Part shown: positions 28,417-37,308 of the stretch, in pieces
How positions within the stretch are numbered: position 1 is the stretch's first letter
How the letters are laid out: each line of letters starts with the position of its first letter
From: an uncultured Erysipelotrichaceae bacterium
GTDB lineage: Bacteria; Bacillota_I; Bacilli_A; RF39; UBA660
Length of the DNA stretch: 64,000 nucleotides
Assembly: GCA_902773675.1 (NCBI GenBank)
Contig: CACYFN010000003.1
Coordinates: forward strand, 3,209-67,208
Reading direction: 5' to 3'
The notes under the pieces: model-generated
Databases searched by the model: none
Seen by the model: the letters and a program-made list of their open reading frames with translations, nothing else
What the model was told of the DNA's origin: nothing
Position numbers and translations under genes: made by a program

Positions 28417-28474
28417 TTAGTTGCAACTTTTCCCTAATTATAGTATAATTTATATGTTTTAAAGGAGGCCCTTT

Positions 28475-29530
28475 ATGATTGAAAGATTAAATAATATAGA
28501 AACACGTTATAATGAAATAACTAAAGAACTAATGGATCCAGAAGTAATTAGTAATATAAAAAAAACATTAGAACTTACCAAAGAACAATCAACACTTAAA
28601 GAAGCATATGAAGCATACCAAGAATATAAACAAGTATTAAGTGATTTAGAATCAGCAAATGAAATGCTAAAAGATAGTGAACTAGCAGAATTTGCTAAAG
28701 AAGAAATAAATACATTAACAGAAAAGAAAAATAAAATGGAAGCAGATTTTGAAATATTATTACTTCCAAAAGACCCTAATGATGGTAAAAACGTAGTATT
28801 TGAAATAAGAGGAGCAGCAGGTGGAGATGAAGCAAATATATTTGCTGGAGACCTTTATCATATGTATACTAAATATGCTGAAAAAAATGGTTGGAAAATA
28901 GAAGTAGTTAATGAAGATCATTCCGATAACGGAGGATTTACTTTAATAGAATTTATTTTAAAAGGTGATAACGTATACTCTAAAATGAAATATGAAAGTG
29001 GTGCCCATAGAGTACAAAGAGTACCAGTAACAGAAACTCAAGGAAGAGTACATACTTCAACTGCAACTGTACTAGTAATGCCTGAAGCAGAAGAATTAGA
29101 CTTTGAACTTGATATGAACGAAGTAAGAGTCGATATAACACGTTCATCAGGGTGTGGTGGTCAAGGAGTAAACACAACCGATTCAGCCGTAAGACTTACT
29201 CATATACCAACTGGAATAGTTGTATATTCTCAAGTAGAACGTAGTCAAATCAAAAATAAAGAATTAGCTATGAAAATATTAAAAACAAGACTATATGATT
29301 TAAAATTACGTGAAAAAGAAGAAGCCGAAGGAAAAGAAAGAAGAAGTAAAATTGGTACCGGAGATAGAAGTGAAAAAATAAGAACATATAACTATCCACA
29401 AAACCGTGTAACAGATCATAGAATAGGATTTACAACAATGCAACTAGATCGAGTAATGGAAGGTGCTATGGATGAAATAATTGAAGCACTTATTACCGAA
29501 GATCAAGCAAGAAAATTAAGAGGAGAGTAA
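28475..29530 (+). CDS. prfA: Peptide chain release factor 1
   Basis: PxT tripeptide region (RVPVTETQGRVHTSTATV) and GGQ (SSGCGGQGVNTTDSAVRLTH). Confidence 0.9.
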   Translation: MIERLNNIETRYNEITKELMDPEVISNIKKTLELTKEQSTLKEAYEAYQEYKQVLSDLESANEMLKDSELAEFAKEEINTLTEKKNKMEADFEILLLPKDPNDGKNVVFEIRGAAGGDEANIFAGDLYHMYTKYAEKNGWKIEVVNEDHSDNGGFTLIEFILKGDNVYSKMKYESGAHRVQRVPVTETQGRVHTSTATVLVMPEAEELDFELDMNEVRVDITRSSGCGGQGVNTTDSAVRLTHIPTGIVVYSQVERSQIKNKELAMKILKTRLYDLKLREKEEAEGKERRSKIGTGDRSEKIRTYNYPQNRVTDHRIGFTTMQLDRVMEGAMDEIIEALITEDQARKLRGE

Positions 29531-29561
29531 TCTCCCTTTTATTATAAGTTGAGGTGATTTA

Positions 29562-30209
29562 ATGAAAGTAAAAATTTGTGCTAATACAAGTATTGAAGAA
29601 GCACAGATGTGCTTAGATGCAAAAGCTGATATAATTGGAATATTAGTTGGACAAGAACATGCCAGTAGTGACTTTGTTGATAAACAAAAAGCAAAAGAAA
29701 TATGTAATTATATAAATAAAAGATGTGATGTATCATTAGTAACTCATCTAACAGATGCTAAAAGAATAATAGAATTAACAGAATATATTGGAAATAATAT
29801 TATTCAATTACATTCAGATATAAAAGAAGAAGAAGTAGAAAAAATAAAAAAAAGATTACCAAATATTAAATTAGTTCGATTAATTCATGTAGCTAGTGAT
29901 GGAACTATTTGTACAGATTATAAAAAAATGAAATATGCAGATTATTATTTATTAGATAGTTTTAATTTAAAAACAAATCAAGTAGGTGGTACAGGTTTAA
30001 CTCACGATTGGAAGAAAAGTAGAGAATTAATTGAATTACTAGATAAACCTACATTTTTAGCTGGTGGACTAAATCCTAATAATGTTTCTCTAGCAATTAA
30101 TACAGCGAGACCTTATGGAGTAGATGTAAATAGTGGATGTAAAAATGATTTTGAAAAAAAAGATAAAGAAAAAGTAAAACAATTTGTTAAAAATGCCAAA
30201 AAAATTTAA
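29562..30209 (+). CDS. trpF: Phosphoribosylanthranilate isomerase-like protein (TrpF family)
   Basis: KVKICANTS start, VGGTGLTHDW, LAGGLNPNNV and PYGVDVNSG match PRAI motifs (GGTG..FDW; LAGGL.P.NV; P.GVDVSSG). Confidence 0.55.
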   Translation: MKVKICANTSIEEAQMCLDAKADIIGILVGQEHASSDFVDKQKAKEICNYINKRCDVSLVTHLTDAKRIIELTEYIGNNIIQLHSDIKEEEVEKIKKRLPNIKLVRLIHVASDGTICTDYKKMKYADYYLLDSFNLKTNQVGGTGLTHDWKKSRELIELLDKPTFLAGGLNPNNVSLAINTARPYGVDVNSGCKNDFEKKDKEKVKQFVKNAKKI

Positions 30210-30226
30210 AATAATAATGTAAAAAG

Positions 30227-30250
30227 AAGTTAAAAAAATATTTTTTTAAC
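30227..30250. terminator. AT-only palindromic hairpin (possible bidirectional terminator)
   Basis: GTTAAAAAAATATTTTTTTAAC, a perfect palindrome. It is weak because the stem is A/T only. Confidence 0.3.
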
Positions 30251-30317
30251 TAAAAATAGTATTAATTATTTAAAAAAACTGTTATAATATTTTCATAATA
30301 AAGAGGAGAAGATAATT

Positions 30318-31499
30318 ATGAAAAAAATAATATTTTTATTTACGGTATTAGCACTTACCATATTTACGGCTTTACCTACAATGGTTAAAGCAGATCCTGG
30401 AGTAGGACGAGTAGCAAATTCAATAACATTAACAGAAAGTAGTACAAATAATGAACAAGTAAATAGTAACACTAATATGGAAGAATTTATTAATTCTAAA
30501 ATAGAAGAATTTTTAGGAGCACTAGCAGAACAAGGAGTTACACTTACTCCAAATAATGCCAATATTGATTTTAGTACACTATTTTCAACAACAGAACCAT
30601 ATAAGTATGCAACAGTTTCAGATGTAAATGACAATTTTGTTATGATTGAAGGAACATTAACTAAAACATATCAAGTTAATTATGTGACTGTTAATGTCAC
30701 AACAACTAACGCAAATAAAACCCAAATAACAAGTGCAGATGTTACTTTAGAAGCTCCAAAAATAGGAGATAAAGTAGAAAAAATAAAAAAAGATGATGGA
30801 TATGGAGAATATGATGCTCAAAGTATAGAACCAACAGTAACTACTACAACTGAAGGAATAAATATAAATGCCTTCTGGGTTAGCGGTTTAGAAGATTTAT
30901 CCGAAGAGCCATTTTATGGAACATTTGAAGAAGATACATATTATTATGCAATGATAGATTTTGAAGCAGAAGAAGGATATGAATTTCCAGCAACTTTTCC
31001 AGATGGAATAAAAGTAAATGGAGCAGCTCCAGATGAAATATTTGCAGTATACGGTGAAACATATACTCACTGCATAGTAAAAATAAAAGCAACAAAAGAT
31101 ACACCAAAATATGAAGTAAAAGAAGGAGCAAATCTAGAATATATAATTAACAAAGACGAAGCTGCAACATTTAGAATAGATGCAGATTATAGCCTATTTG
31201 AAACAGATGGAAAAGTATTTGTAGATGATGTTTTAGTAAATAAAGATAATTATGTATCAAAAACAGGAAGTACAATTATAACATTAGCTAAATCATATAT
31301 GGACACATTAAGTACAGGTACTCATACATTAAAAGTAACATTTAATAATGGTGGAACATCAGAAACAACATTTACAGTAGCTAAACAAGAAGAAAAAAAT
31401 CCACAAACAAGTGATAACATAATAAGCTATATCTCAATCTTAGGACTAAGTATAATTAGTATTACTGGATTATATATAAATAAAAAAAAATTTAACTAG
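30318..31499 (+). CDS. Cell-surface protein with a class-B-sortase-type sorting signal (NPQTS)
   Basis: Signal peptide MKKIIFLFTVLALTIFTALPTMVKA. T/N-rich body. The C-terminus has NPQTS, then a hydrophobic segment (IISYISILGLSIISITGLYI) and a basic tail NKKKFN. Confidence 0.6.
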   Translation: MKKIIFLFTVLALTIFTALPTMVKADPGVGRVANSITLTESSTNNEQVNSNTNMEEFINSKIEEFLGALAEQGVTLTPNNANIDFSTLFSTTEPYKYATVSDVNDNFVMIEGTLTKTYQVNYVTVNVTTTNANKTQITSADVTLEAPKIGDKVEKIKKDDGYGEYDAQSIEPTVTTTTEGININAFWVSGLEDLSEEPFYGTFEEDTYYYAMIDFEAEEGYEFPATFPDGIKVNGAAPDEIFAVYGETYTHCIVKIKATKDTPKYEVKEGANLEYIINKDEAATFRIDADYSLFETDGKVFVDDVLVNKDNYVSKTGSTIITLAKSYMDTLSTGTHTLKVTFNNGGTSETTFTVAKQEEKNPQTSDNIISYISILGLSIISITGLYINKKKFN

Positions 31500-31521
31500 G
31501 AAAATATCCTAGTTTTTTAAG
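31496..31521 (+). terminator. Rho-independent terminator
   Basis: CTAGGA-aaata-TCCTAG hairpin followed by T6. Confidence 0.55.
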
Positions 31522-31611
31522 TGATAAAAAAAATATATTACTAATATTTATTAGTTAAGAAATATTTTAAAATAATTAAATTATGGTATAATATAAATAA
31601 TTTGATATAGG

Positions 31612-32397
31612 ATGTATTTTATGAATTATAATGATTTATTAGAAGCACATCTAAGATTTGGAACAACCAAAGAAGATATTATTAAAGAAAAAGGATTTGA
31701 AAAAATTCAAGAAAATGTCGTTCTTGCACCTTGGTGGAGACATAATATGTTTGAAAATCAAAATTTCAAAATTGAAAAAATAAATGATGTTGTATATAAC
31801 ATTACATATGAAGATTTAACTTTTTCATATATTGAAATTCATAATATAGGTGCATCAGCAGTAATGGACTATGTATTAGCTCTAGGAGTTACAAAATGTA
31901 AAAACATCATATTTTTAGGATCAACGGGTTCACTAGACGAAAAAATTAAAATAGGTGATATAGTTATACCAAAATACTCTATTTGTGGTGATGGAGCATC
32001 TAGATACTTAAATAAAAATCTAGAAGATGAATTATTTAAAAAAGAATATCCAGCAAAAGAAATAACTAAAGAATTAATTAATTTATTGAAAGAACAAAAC
32101 ATTAAATATCATTATGTACCTAATTTTAGTGTTGATAATATTTTTGCTCAATTTTATCATATTGATAAAATATTGAAATTAGGAGCTAAAACTATTGAAA
32201 TGGAAACAGCAAATCTATTCAAATGTGGTGAAGTAATGAATAAAAATGTAACTGCAATCTTTTGCGTTTCGGATAATACAATATTAAAAAAATCTTTATA
32301 TAGTGGAAGAAGTCAAGAAGAACATGAATATAGACATAATGTTAGATATAATATAATTCCAAAAATTGTTATTGATTTAATAAAAAAATTAAAATAG
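31612..32397 (+). CDS. Nucleoside phosphorylase, PNP/UDP family (DeoD/MTA-nucleosidase-like)
   Basis: IGASAVMDYVLALGVTKCKNIIFLGSTGSL and IEMETANLFKCGEVMNKNVTAIFCVSDN. Extended -10 TGgTATAAT upstream. Confidence 0.55.
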   Translation: MYFMNYNDLLEAHLRFGTTKEDIIKEKGFEKIQENVVLAPWWRHNMFENQNFKIEKINDVVYNITYEDLTFSYIEIHNIGASAVMDYVLALGVTKCKNIIFLGSTGSLDEKIKIGDIVIPKYSICGDGASRYLNKNLEDELFKKEYPAKEITKELINLLKEQNIKYHYVPNFSVDNIFAQFYHIDKILKLGAKTIEMETANLFKCGEVMNKNVTAIFCVSDNTILKKSLYSGRSQEEHEYRHNVRYNIIPKIVIDLIKKLK

Positions 32398-32407
32398 AAA
32401 GTAAATT

Positions 32408-32577
32408 AGTGATAAATCTATCCTATTAGTAACCCATGGTGGAGTATCCGCACTAATTAATACATATTATAATAATAATTTATACGAAGGAGCTATATCA
32501 GATAAATTCTTAAAAAATTGTGAATATGCTTTTTATAACACTAAAAAAAAATTACCCAAAGTAAAGAAAAAATATTA
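32408..32577 (+). pseudogene. Possible C-terminal remnant of a histidine-phosphatase (phosphoglycerate-mutase family) gene
   Basis: An open frame with no start codon encodes ...SILLVTHGGVSALINTYY... and resembles the C-terminal LLVTHGGVIRAL region of that family. Confidence 0.3.
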
Positions 32578-32651
32578 GATTTTATAATATAATTCTTTCA
32601 CACTAAGAATATAAAAAATAATATGGTATAATATTTAATAGGAGTGATAAA

Positions 32652-32942
32652 ATGGCTACAACCAAAGAATATAAAGATTATATCTTAGAAAACTTAAATA
32701 TATTAAAAAATATTACCTATAAACCAATGATGGGAGAATACTTACTATATTATAATAAAGTATTATTTGGTGGAATATATGATAATAGATTATTAATAAA
32801 AAAAACAAATAGTAATAAAGTATATAATTTAAAAGAATCAATTCCATATGAAAGTGCCAAACCAATGTATTTAGTAGATACAGATGACTTAGAATTATTA
32901 AAAAATATTATCTTAGATACATATAAAGATCTAAATAAATAG
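32652..32942 (+). CDS. Small protein resembling the TfoX N-terminal domain
   Basis: MMGEYLLYYNKVLFGGIYDNRLLIK resembles TfoX_N (MFG..GLY..G..FA.I.D..LYLK). Extended -10 TGgTATAAT upstream. Confidence 0.4.
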   Translation: MATTKEYKDYILENLNILKNITYKPMMGEYLLYYNKVLFGGIYDNRLLIKKTNSNKVYNLKESIPYESAKPMYLVDTDDLELLKNIILDTYKDLNK

Positions 32943-32954
32943 ATTGGAGAAAAA

Positions 32955-33521
32955 ATGAGTATATTTGAAATAATATTTATTGCTGTTGGACTGGCTATGG
33001 ATGCATTTGCAGTAGCAATATGTAAAGGCCTATCAATGAAAAAAATAGATTATAAAAAAGCAATTATAATAGCTTTGTATTTTGGATTATTTCAAACATT
33101 AATGCCAGTATTAGGATACTTTCTTGGAAGTAGTTTTACTAATGTAGTAGAAAAAATAGATCATTGGATAGCCTTTATTTTACTATCTATAATTGGTATA
33201 AATATGATTAAAGAATCAACCAGTAAAGAGGAAGAAAAAAGAAATGACAAAGTAGATATAAAAACAATGCTCTTACTTGCTATCGCAACCAGTATTGATG
33301 CCTTAGCTGTAGGTATAACCTTTGCCTTCTTTAAAGTAAATATATTATTATCAGTAATAATTATTGGAATAATAACCTTTATAATATCCTTCTTAGGAGT
33401 AATAATAGGAAATAAATTTGGTGATAAATTTCAAAATAAAGCCGAACTATTTGGTGGAATAATATTAATATTAATTGGTTTAAAAATATTATTAGAACAC
33501 TTAAAAATATTTAATTTATAA
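32955..33521 (+). CDS. mntP: Manganese efflux pump MntP (DUF204)
   Basis: Duplicated GLAMDAFAVA / SIDALAVG motifs in a six-TM protein of 188 aa. Confidence 0.8.
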   Translation: MSIFEIIFIAVGLAMDAFAVAICKGLSMKKIDYKKAIIIALYFGLFQTLMPVLGYFLGSSFTNVVEKIDHWIAFILLSIIGINMIKESTSKEEEKRNDKVDIKTMLLLAIATSIDALAVGITFAFFKVNILLSVIIIGIITFIISFLGVIIGNKFGDKFQNKAELFGGIILILIGLKILLEHLKIFNL

Positions 33522-33541
33522 AAAAATGAAGGAGAAAAAAT

Positions 33542-34036
33542 ATGAAAGATAAAAAGAGTTTAATAATATATTTTAGTAGAGCAGATGAAAATTATGCAGT
33601 AGGTTATATAGATAAAGGAAATACCGAAATAGTAGCAGAATATGTAAGAGATTTAACAGGTGCAGATATGTTTAAAGTAGAACCATTAGTTCTATATGCA
33701 AAAGACTATGCTACTTGTATCGAAGAAGCAAAACAAAGAATTGGTAATGCTCCAATCAAAGAAGAAATAAAAGATATATCACAATATGAAGTAATATATA
33801 TAATGAGCCCAATATACTGGGGAACATATGCACCAGAATTAGAAACAGCCATAAAAAACTTGGATTTTACAGGTAAAATAGTTAGAATAATATCTACCCA
33901 TGAAGGATCAGGACTAGCTAATATGGTAAATGATATTAAAAAAATATGTAGGGGTGCCAACGTACTTGATGATGCAATTGCTATTAAAGGTAGTCAAGCT
34001 AAAAATTCCAAATCTATAATAGAAAATTGGATTTAA
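33542..34036 (+). CDS. Flavodoxin-like protein
   Basis: LIIYFSRADENYAVGYIDKGNTEIVAEYV N-terminus typical of the flavodoxin_4 family. Confidence 0.5.
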   Translation: MKDKKSLIIYFSRADENYAVGYIDKGNTEIVAEYVRDLTGADMFKVEPLVLYAKDYATCIEEAKQRIGNAPIKEEIKDISQYEVIYIMSPIYWGTYAPELETAIKNLDFTGKIVRIISTHEGSGLANMVNDIKKICRGANVLDDAIAIKGSQAKNSKSIIENWI

Positions 34037-34075
34037 AATATAAAGATATGATACAATAACTACCGGTGATTAAAT

Positions 34076-34543
34076 ATGAAAAAAATAATATTAATAATAA
34101 TTATACTTATTATTTGTGGATGTAGTTCTAATAATAAAAATATAATTAGTAAAATAGAATTAGATAATAATAATTGTAAAATAATAAGTGAAATAGATAA
34201 CCATAGTGGATTTCATGGTGATGGAGAATATTTTGCTAAAATAAAATGTTCAAATATTAATAAAGAAGAATTATCAAGACATTGGAAAAAACTACCATTA
34301 TCAAACTCAATAAATGAAGCTACAAATATAAATCATTGTGATAGTAAAGGTTGCTATAATATATATGAAAAATATAATATTCCAAATATAAAAAATGGTT
34401 ATTATTATTTCTTAGATAGAAATTCAGAATCAAAAAATAAATATGATGATACATATTTAAATGATAGACATTCTCATAATTATACATTAGCTTTATTAGA
34501 TAAAGATAATGATATAATATATTATTATGAATTAGATACATAG
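34076..34543 (+). CDS. Lipoprotein (hypothetical)
   Basis: MKKIILIIIILIICGCSSNN, with lipobox IICGC. Confidence 0.6.
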   Translation: MKKIILIIIILIICGCSSNNKNIISKIELDNNNCKIISEIDNHSGFHGDGEYFAKIKCSNINKEELSRHWKKLPLSNSINEATNINHCDSKGCYNIYEKYNIPNIKNGYYYFLDRNSESKNKYDDTYLNDRHSHNYTLALLDKDNDIIYYYELDT

Positions 34544-34801
34544 GACTAACTATGAATGGATTTAGTATATTAATGTTTATATTTACCATATCAGTATTTT
34601 TAGTAGGATTATATATGTTTACCGGTCATAAAATAGATATGTTATCTTGGAAAGCACAATATAAAAATCTAAAAAAAGTGATTGGATTAAAATAGGCAAA
34701 TACACAATGATAGTTAGTATATTCATCTTTATACTTGCTATAATTGGTCTAATATTCACTTTTTAAAATATAAATATAAAAGATATTTATATTTTTTATT
34801 A

Positions 34802-34864
34802 TGTAGTAAAATTGTAGTAAATTTGTAGTTTTGTATTGACAAGATATTTTTTTAGTGATAATAT
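34802..34864 (+). promoter_or_regulatory. Three 11-bp direct repeats abutting a consensus sigma-A promoter (TTGACA-17-TGaTAATAT)
   Basis: TGTAGTAAAAT (34802), TGTAGTAAATT (34813) and TGTAGTTTTGT (34824) at 11-bp period. Then TTGACA 34836-34841, a 17-nt spacer, TAATAT 34859-34864. RBS GAGGTGA before the ATG at 34883. Confidence 0.55.
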
Positions 34865-34882
34865 ACATTTGAGGTGATGCAA

Positions 34883-35473
34883 ATGGAAAGTAAAACAAGT
34901 GCTATTAATATTCAAATAGATAGTAATGTTAAAAAAGAAGCTACCATGGTTTTATCAGAATTAGGATTATCAATGAGTTCAGCAATTAACTTATTCCTAA
35001 AACAAGTAGTTAAAAAAAATGGACTTCCTTTTGAAGTAACTAATGTTGTAGATAAAAAGAAAATACTAGATGTAGTATGCGCATTAATTATGAAAGATGG
35101 AAAATGCTTAATAGCTAGAAGAAGCAAAGATGATCATTTAAAAGGAAGATGGGAATTTCCTGGTGGAAGAAGAGTAGGATTAGAAGACGAAAAGAAAACC
35201 CTACAAAGAGCATTTGATGAAGTATTAAAAATTAATGTTGATATTAAAGATTACCTAACACACAGCATATGTGAATATCCAGGACATATTGTCGATTTAA
35301 AACTATATGAATGTGATTATATTAGTGGAGAATTTAATCTAACAATTCATTCAGAATATAAATGGGTAAATATAGAAGAACTACTAGATTATGACCTAGC
35401 AGATGCTGATGTAGTATTATCAAAATTTTTAATAAAAAAGTATATTGAAGAATCAAGAGAAAAAGGAGAATAA
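34883..35473 (+). CDS. Fusion protein: N-terminal RelB/DinJ-type ribbon-helix-helix domain plus C-terminal NUDIX (MutT-like) hydrolase domain
   Basis: N-terminus INIQIDSNVKKEATMVLSELGLSMSSAINLFLKQVVKKNGLPFEV parallels E. coli DinJ (ARIDEDLKNQAADVLAGMGLTISDLVRITLTKVAREKALPFDL). The C-terminus LIARRSKDDHLKGRWEFPGGRRVGLEDEKKTLQRAFDEVL is MutT-like with a slightly degenerate Nudix box. Confidence 0.6.
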   Translation: MESKTSAINIQIDSNVKKEATMVLSELGLSMSSAINLFLKQVVKKNGLPFEVTNVVDKKKILDVVCALIMKDGKCLIARRSKDDHLKGRWEFPGGRRVGLEDEKKTLQRAFDEVLKINVDIKDYLTHSICEYPGHIVDLKLYECDYISGEFNLTIHSEYKWVNIEELLDYDLADADVVLSKFLIKKYIEESREKGE

Positions 35474-35474
35474 T

Positions 35475-35777
35475 ATGGTAGAACTTAAAAAATTACAAAA
35501 AGAAGTATATCAAAATAAAGTAAATCATAACTTTAATGTAACTGATATTAATTTAGAATTTTGTCTTGCATTTGAAGAATTAGGAGAAGCTCATAATGCT
35601 TGGAGTACAAAAAAATCTGATTTAGGAGAAGAACTTGCCGATGTAGCTATCTATCTTTTAGGACTATCTGAAATATTAAATATTGATTTAGAAAAAGAAA
35701 TATTAAATAAAATAAAAAAGAATGCTAAAAGAGTATATAAAGAAGTAAATGGGGTTATTGTTAAGGAAGAGGGATAA
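35475..35777 (+). CDS. MazG-like nucleotide pyrophosphohydrolase (small all-alpha NTP-PPase)
   Basis: EELGEAHNAW...LGEELADVAIYLLGLSEILNIDLEKEILNKIKKNAKRVY matches the MazG/YpjD core (EE.GE...E..ELADV..YL..LA...GIDLE). ATG at 35475 after AAGGAG. Confidence 0.55.
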   Translation: MVELKKLQKEVYQNKVNHNFNVTDINLEFCLAFEELGEAHNAWSTKKSDLGEELADVAIYLLGLSEILNIDLEKEILNKIKKNAKRVYKEVNGVIVKEEG

Positions 35778-35779
35778 TT

Positions 35780-36595
35780 ATGAATATAGAGGAATTAGAA
35801 AATTTATTTGAAAAATATGATATATTTACACTTGATTCATTAAGCATATTATTAAGTTATTTAGATGAATCAGAATTGAAAGAAATAGGCCCAGTATTTA
35901 GAAATGTATATAAGAAAAAGTATAAAAAGATAGAAGAAGAATTTGAAGGAATAAATGAATATGATGATATAAATATATTATTAAACTTTGATATACAAAA
36001 TATTATTGATAATATTATTTTATTAAATAAGAAAGAATTAGATTTTATAAATCACGTTGTTAGTACATCTTTATCAAAAATAGATAAAACCAAAGATGAA
36101 AATTTTAAAATGGTTTTTTATTTAAAAAGTTATCAACACGAAATTGCTATATTTACTGAATATACAAAGTATTCAGTAAATACTATAGATGATAGCTTTA
36201 CTAAGAAAGAACTTGAAAAATTTTTTGAAAAATATGATGTTATTGAATTAGCTTATATGGAACAGATTATTGAAAATGCACGTTATGAATATAATGTATA
36301 TAGATTATATAAAGCATATAATAAAGTATTAAATAGTAAATCACCATATGATATATATACAATCGATGAATATCATGAAAAACAAAAAACAAGTAGAATA
36401 TCTGATATTAAGAAAAAAAATCATTTATTAAATAAGAAAGAATTAACACTTTTAAAAAATTTAATTGATTCATTTTCAAATATTTTAGATGATGAATATT
36501 ATATAAAAGAATTTAGTATATTAGAAAATTCATTAATAGAAGAAATAGATAAAAGAAAAAGACAAAAAACTATTACCAAAAAACCTAAAAAGTAG
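35780..36595 (+). CDS. Hypothetical protein (271 aa), last gene of the DinJ-NUDIX/MazG operon
   Basis: Start 3 nt after the MazG-like stop. No recognisable motif. Confidence 0.5.
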   Translation: MNIEELENLFEKYDIFTLDSLSILLSYLDESELKEIGPVFRNVYKKKYKKIEEEFEGINEYDDINILLNFDIQNIIDNIILLNKKELDFINHVVSTSLSKIDKTKDENFKMVFYLKSYQHEIAIFTEYTKYSVNTIDDSFTKKELEKFFEKYDVIELAYMEQIIENARYEYNVYRLYKAYNKVLNSKSPYDIYTIDEYHEKQKTSRISDIKKKNHLLNKKELTLLKNLIDSFSNILDDEYYIKEFSILENSLIEEIDKRKRQKTITKKPKK

Positions 36596-36616
36596 AAAAT
36601 AGCTTCTACTTTTTAT
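36591..36616 (+). terminator. Rho-independent terminator
   Basis: GTAGAA-aatagc-TTCTAC hairpin followed by TTTTTAT. Confidence 0.5.
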
Positions 36617-36663
36617 ATTACATTTTAAATAATTATGCTATAATTATTATGAGGAGTGATGAT

Positions 36664-37227
36664 ATGAAAAAAATATTTATACTAATTATTGTAGGCTTAT
36701 TTATAATAACAGGTTGTGGAAAAACTAATGAAGCAAGTAATAATGTAGTAGAAAATAAAAACGAAGTAACAAATAAAGAAGAAAAAATAGTAAAACCAAC
36801 AGCAGATGGAGATGAATTAACAGTAGAGTCATTAAACTTCTTTATACCAACAGGATATACTGAAAACTCATACAATGGTATGATGGGAGTATATGATTAT
36901 TATACAGGTAATGTTACTTTAAGTGAACTTAATGTAGGAGTAGTAGTTACATGGAATGGAAACTATAAAGATTCAAATGCCAAAGATTATATTGAAAATA
37001 AATCTAATACAGCAAAATCAATTCATCTAACAAGTGTAACAACAGAAAAAATTAATGGTACTGATTGGTATGTATTTTCAAATGAAAACAATTATTACTA
37101 TGCAGCTGAATATGATGAAAACTTATATGAAGTAACAGTAGAAAAAAGAAATGATCCACAAAACTTATTTGAAACAACCAATGAAATGGTTAAAAAAACA
37201 TTATTCTTTTTAGAAACAGAAGAATAA
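36664..37227 (+). CDS. Lipoprotein (hypothetical)
   Basis: MKKIFILIIVGLFIITGCGK, with lipobox ITGC. ATG at 36664. Confidence 0.6.
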   Translation: MKKIFILIIVGLFIITGCGKTNEASNNVVENKNEVTNKEEKIVKPTADGDELTVESLNFFIPTGYTENSYNGMMGVYDYYTGNVTLSELNVGVVVTWNGNYKDSNAKDYIENKSNTAKSIHLTSVTTEKINGTDWYVFSNENNYYYAAEYDENLYEVTVEKRNDPQNLFETTNEMVKKTLFFLETEE

Positions 37228-37308
37228 TAAGAGGTAAAATATGAATGATAAAATATGTCAAAGTTGCGCAATGCCAATAATAAATGATACTATAATATTG
37301 GTGATTAA

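Noticed and set aside
34802-34834. Three short direct repeats considered as a possible CRISPR array
   Set aside because: There are only three 11-bp units with no spacers of unique sequence and no cas genes. The position abutting a -35 hexamer fits an operator, not CRISPR.
37229-37308. 23-codon ORF MNDKICQSCAMPIINDTIILVIK* upstream of the NUDIX gene (possible zinc-ribbon fragment)
   Set aside because: It has a single CxxC with no partner and no RBS spacing support. It is too short to call, and may be a remnant.
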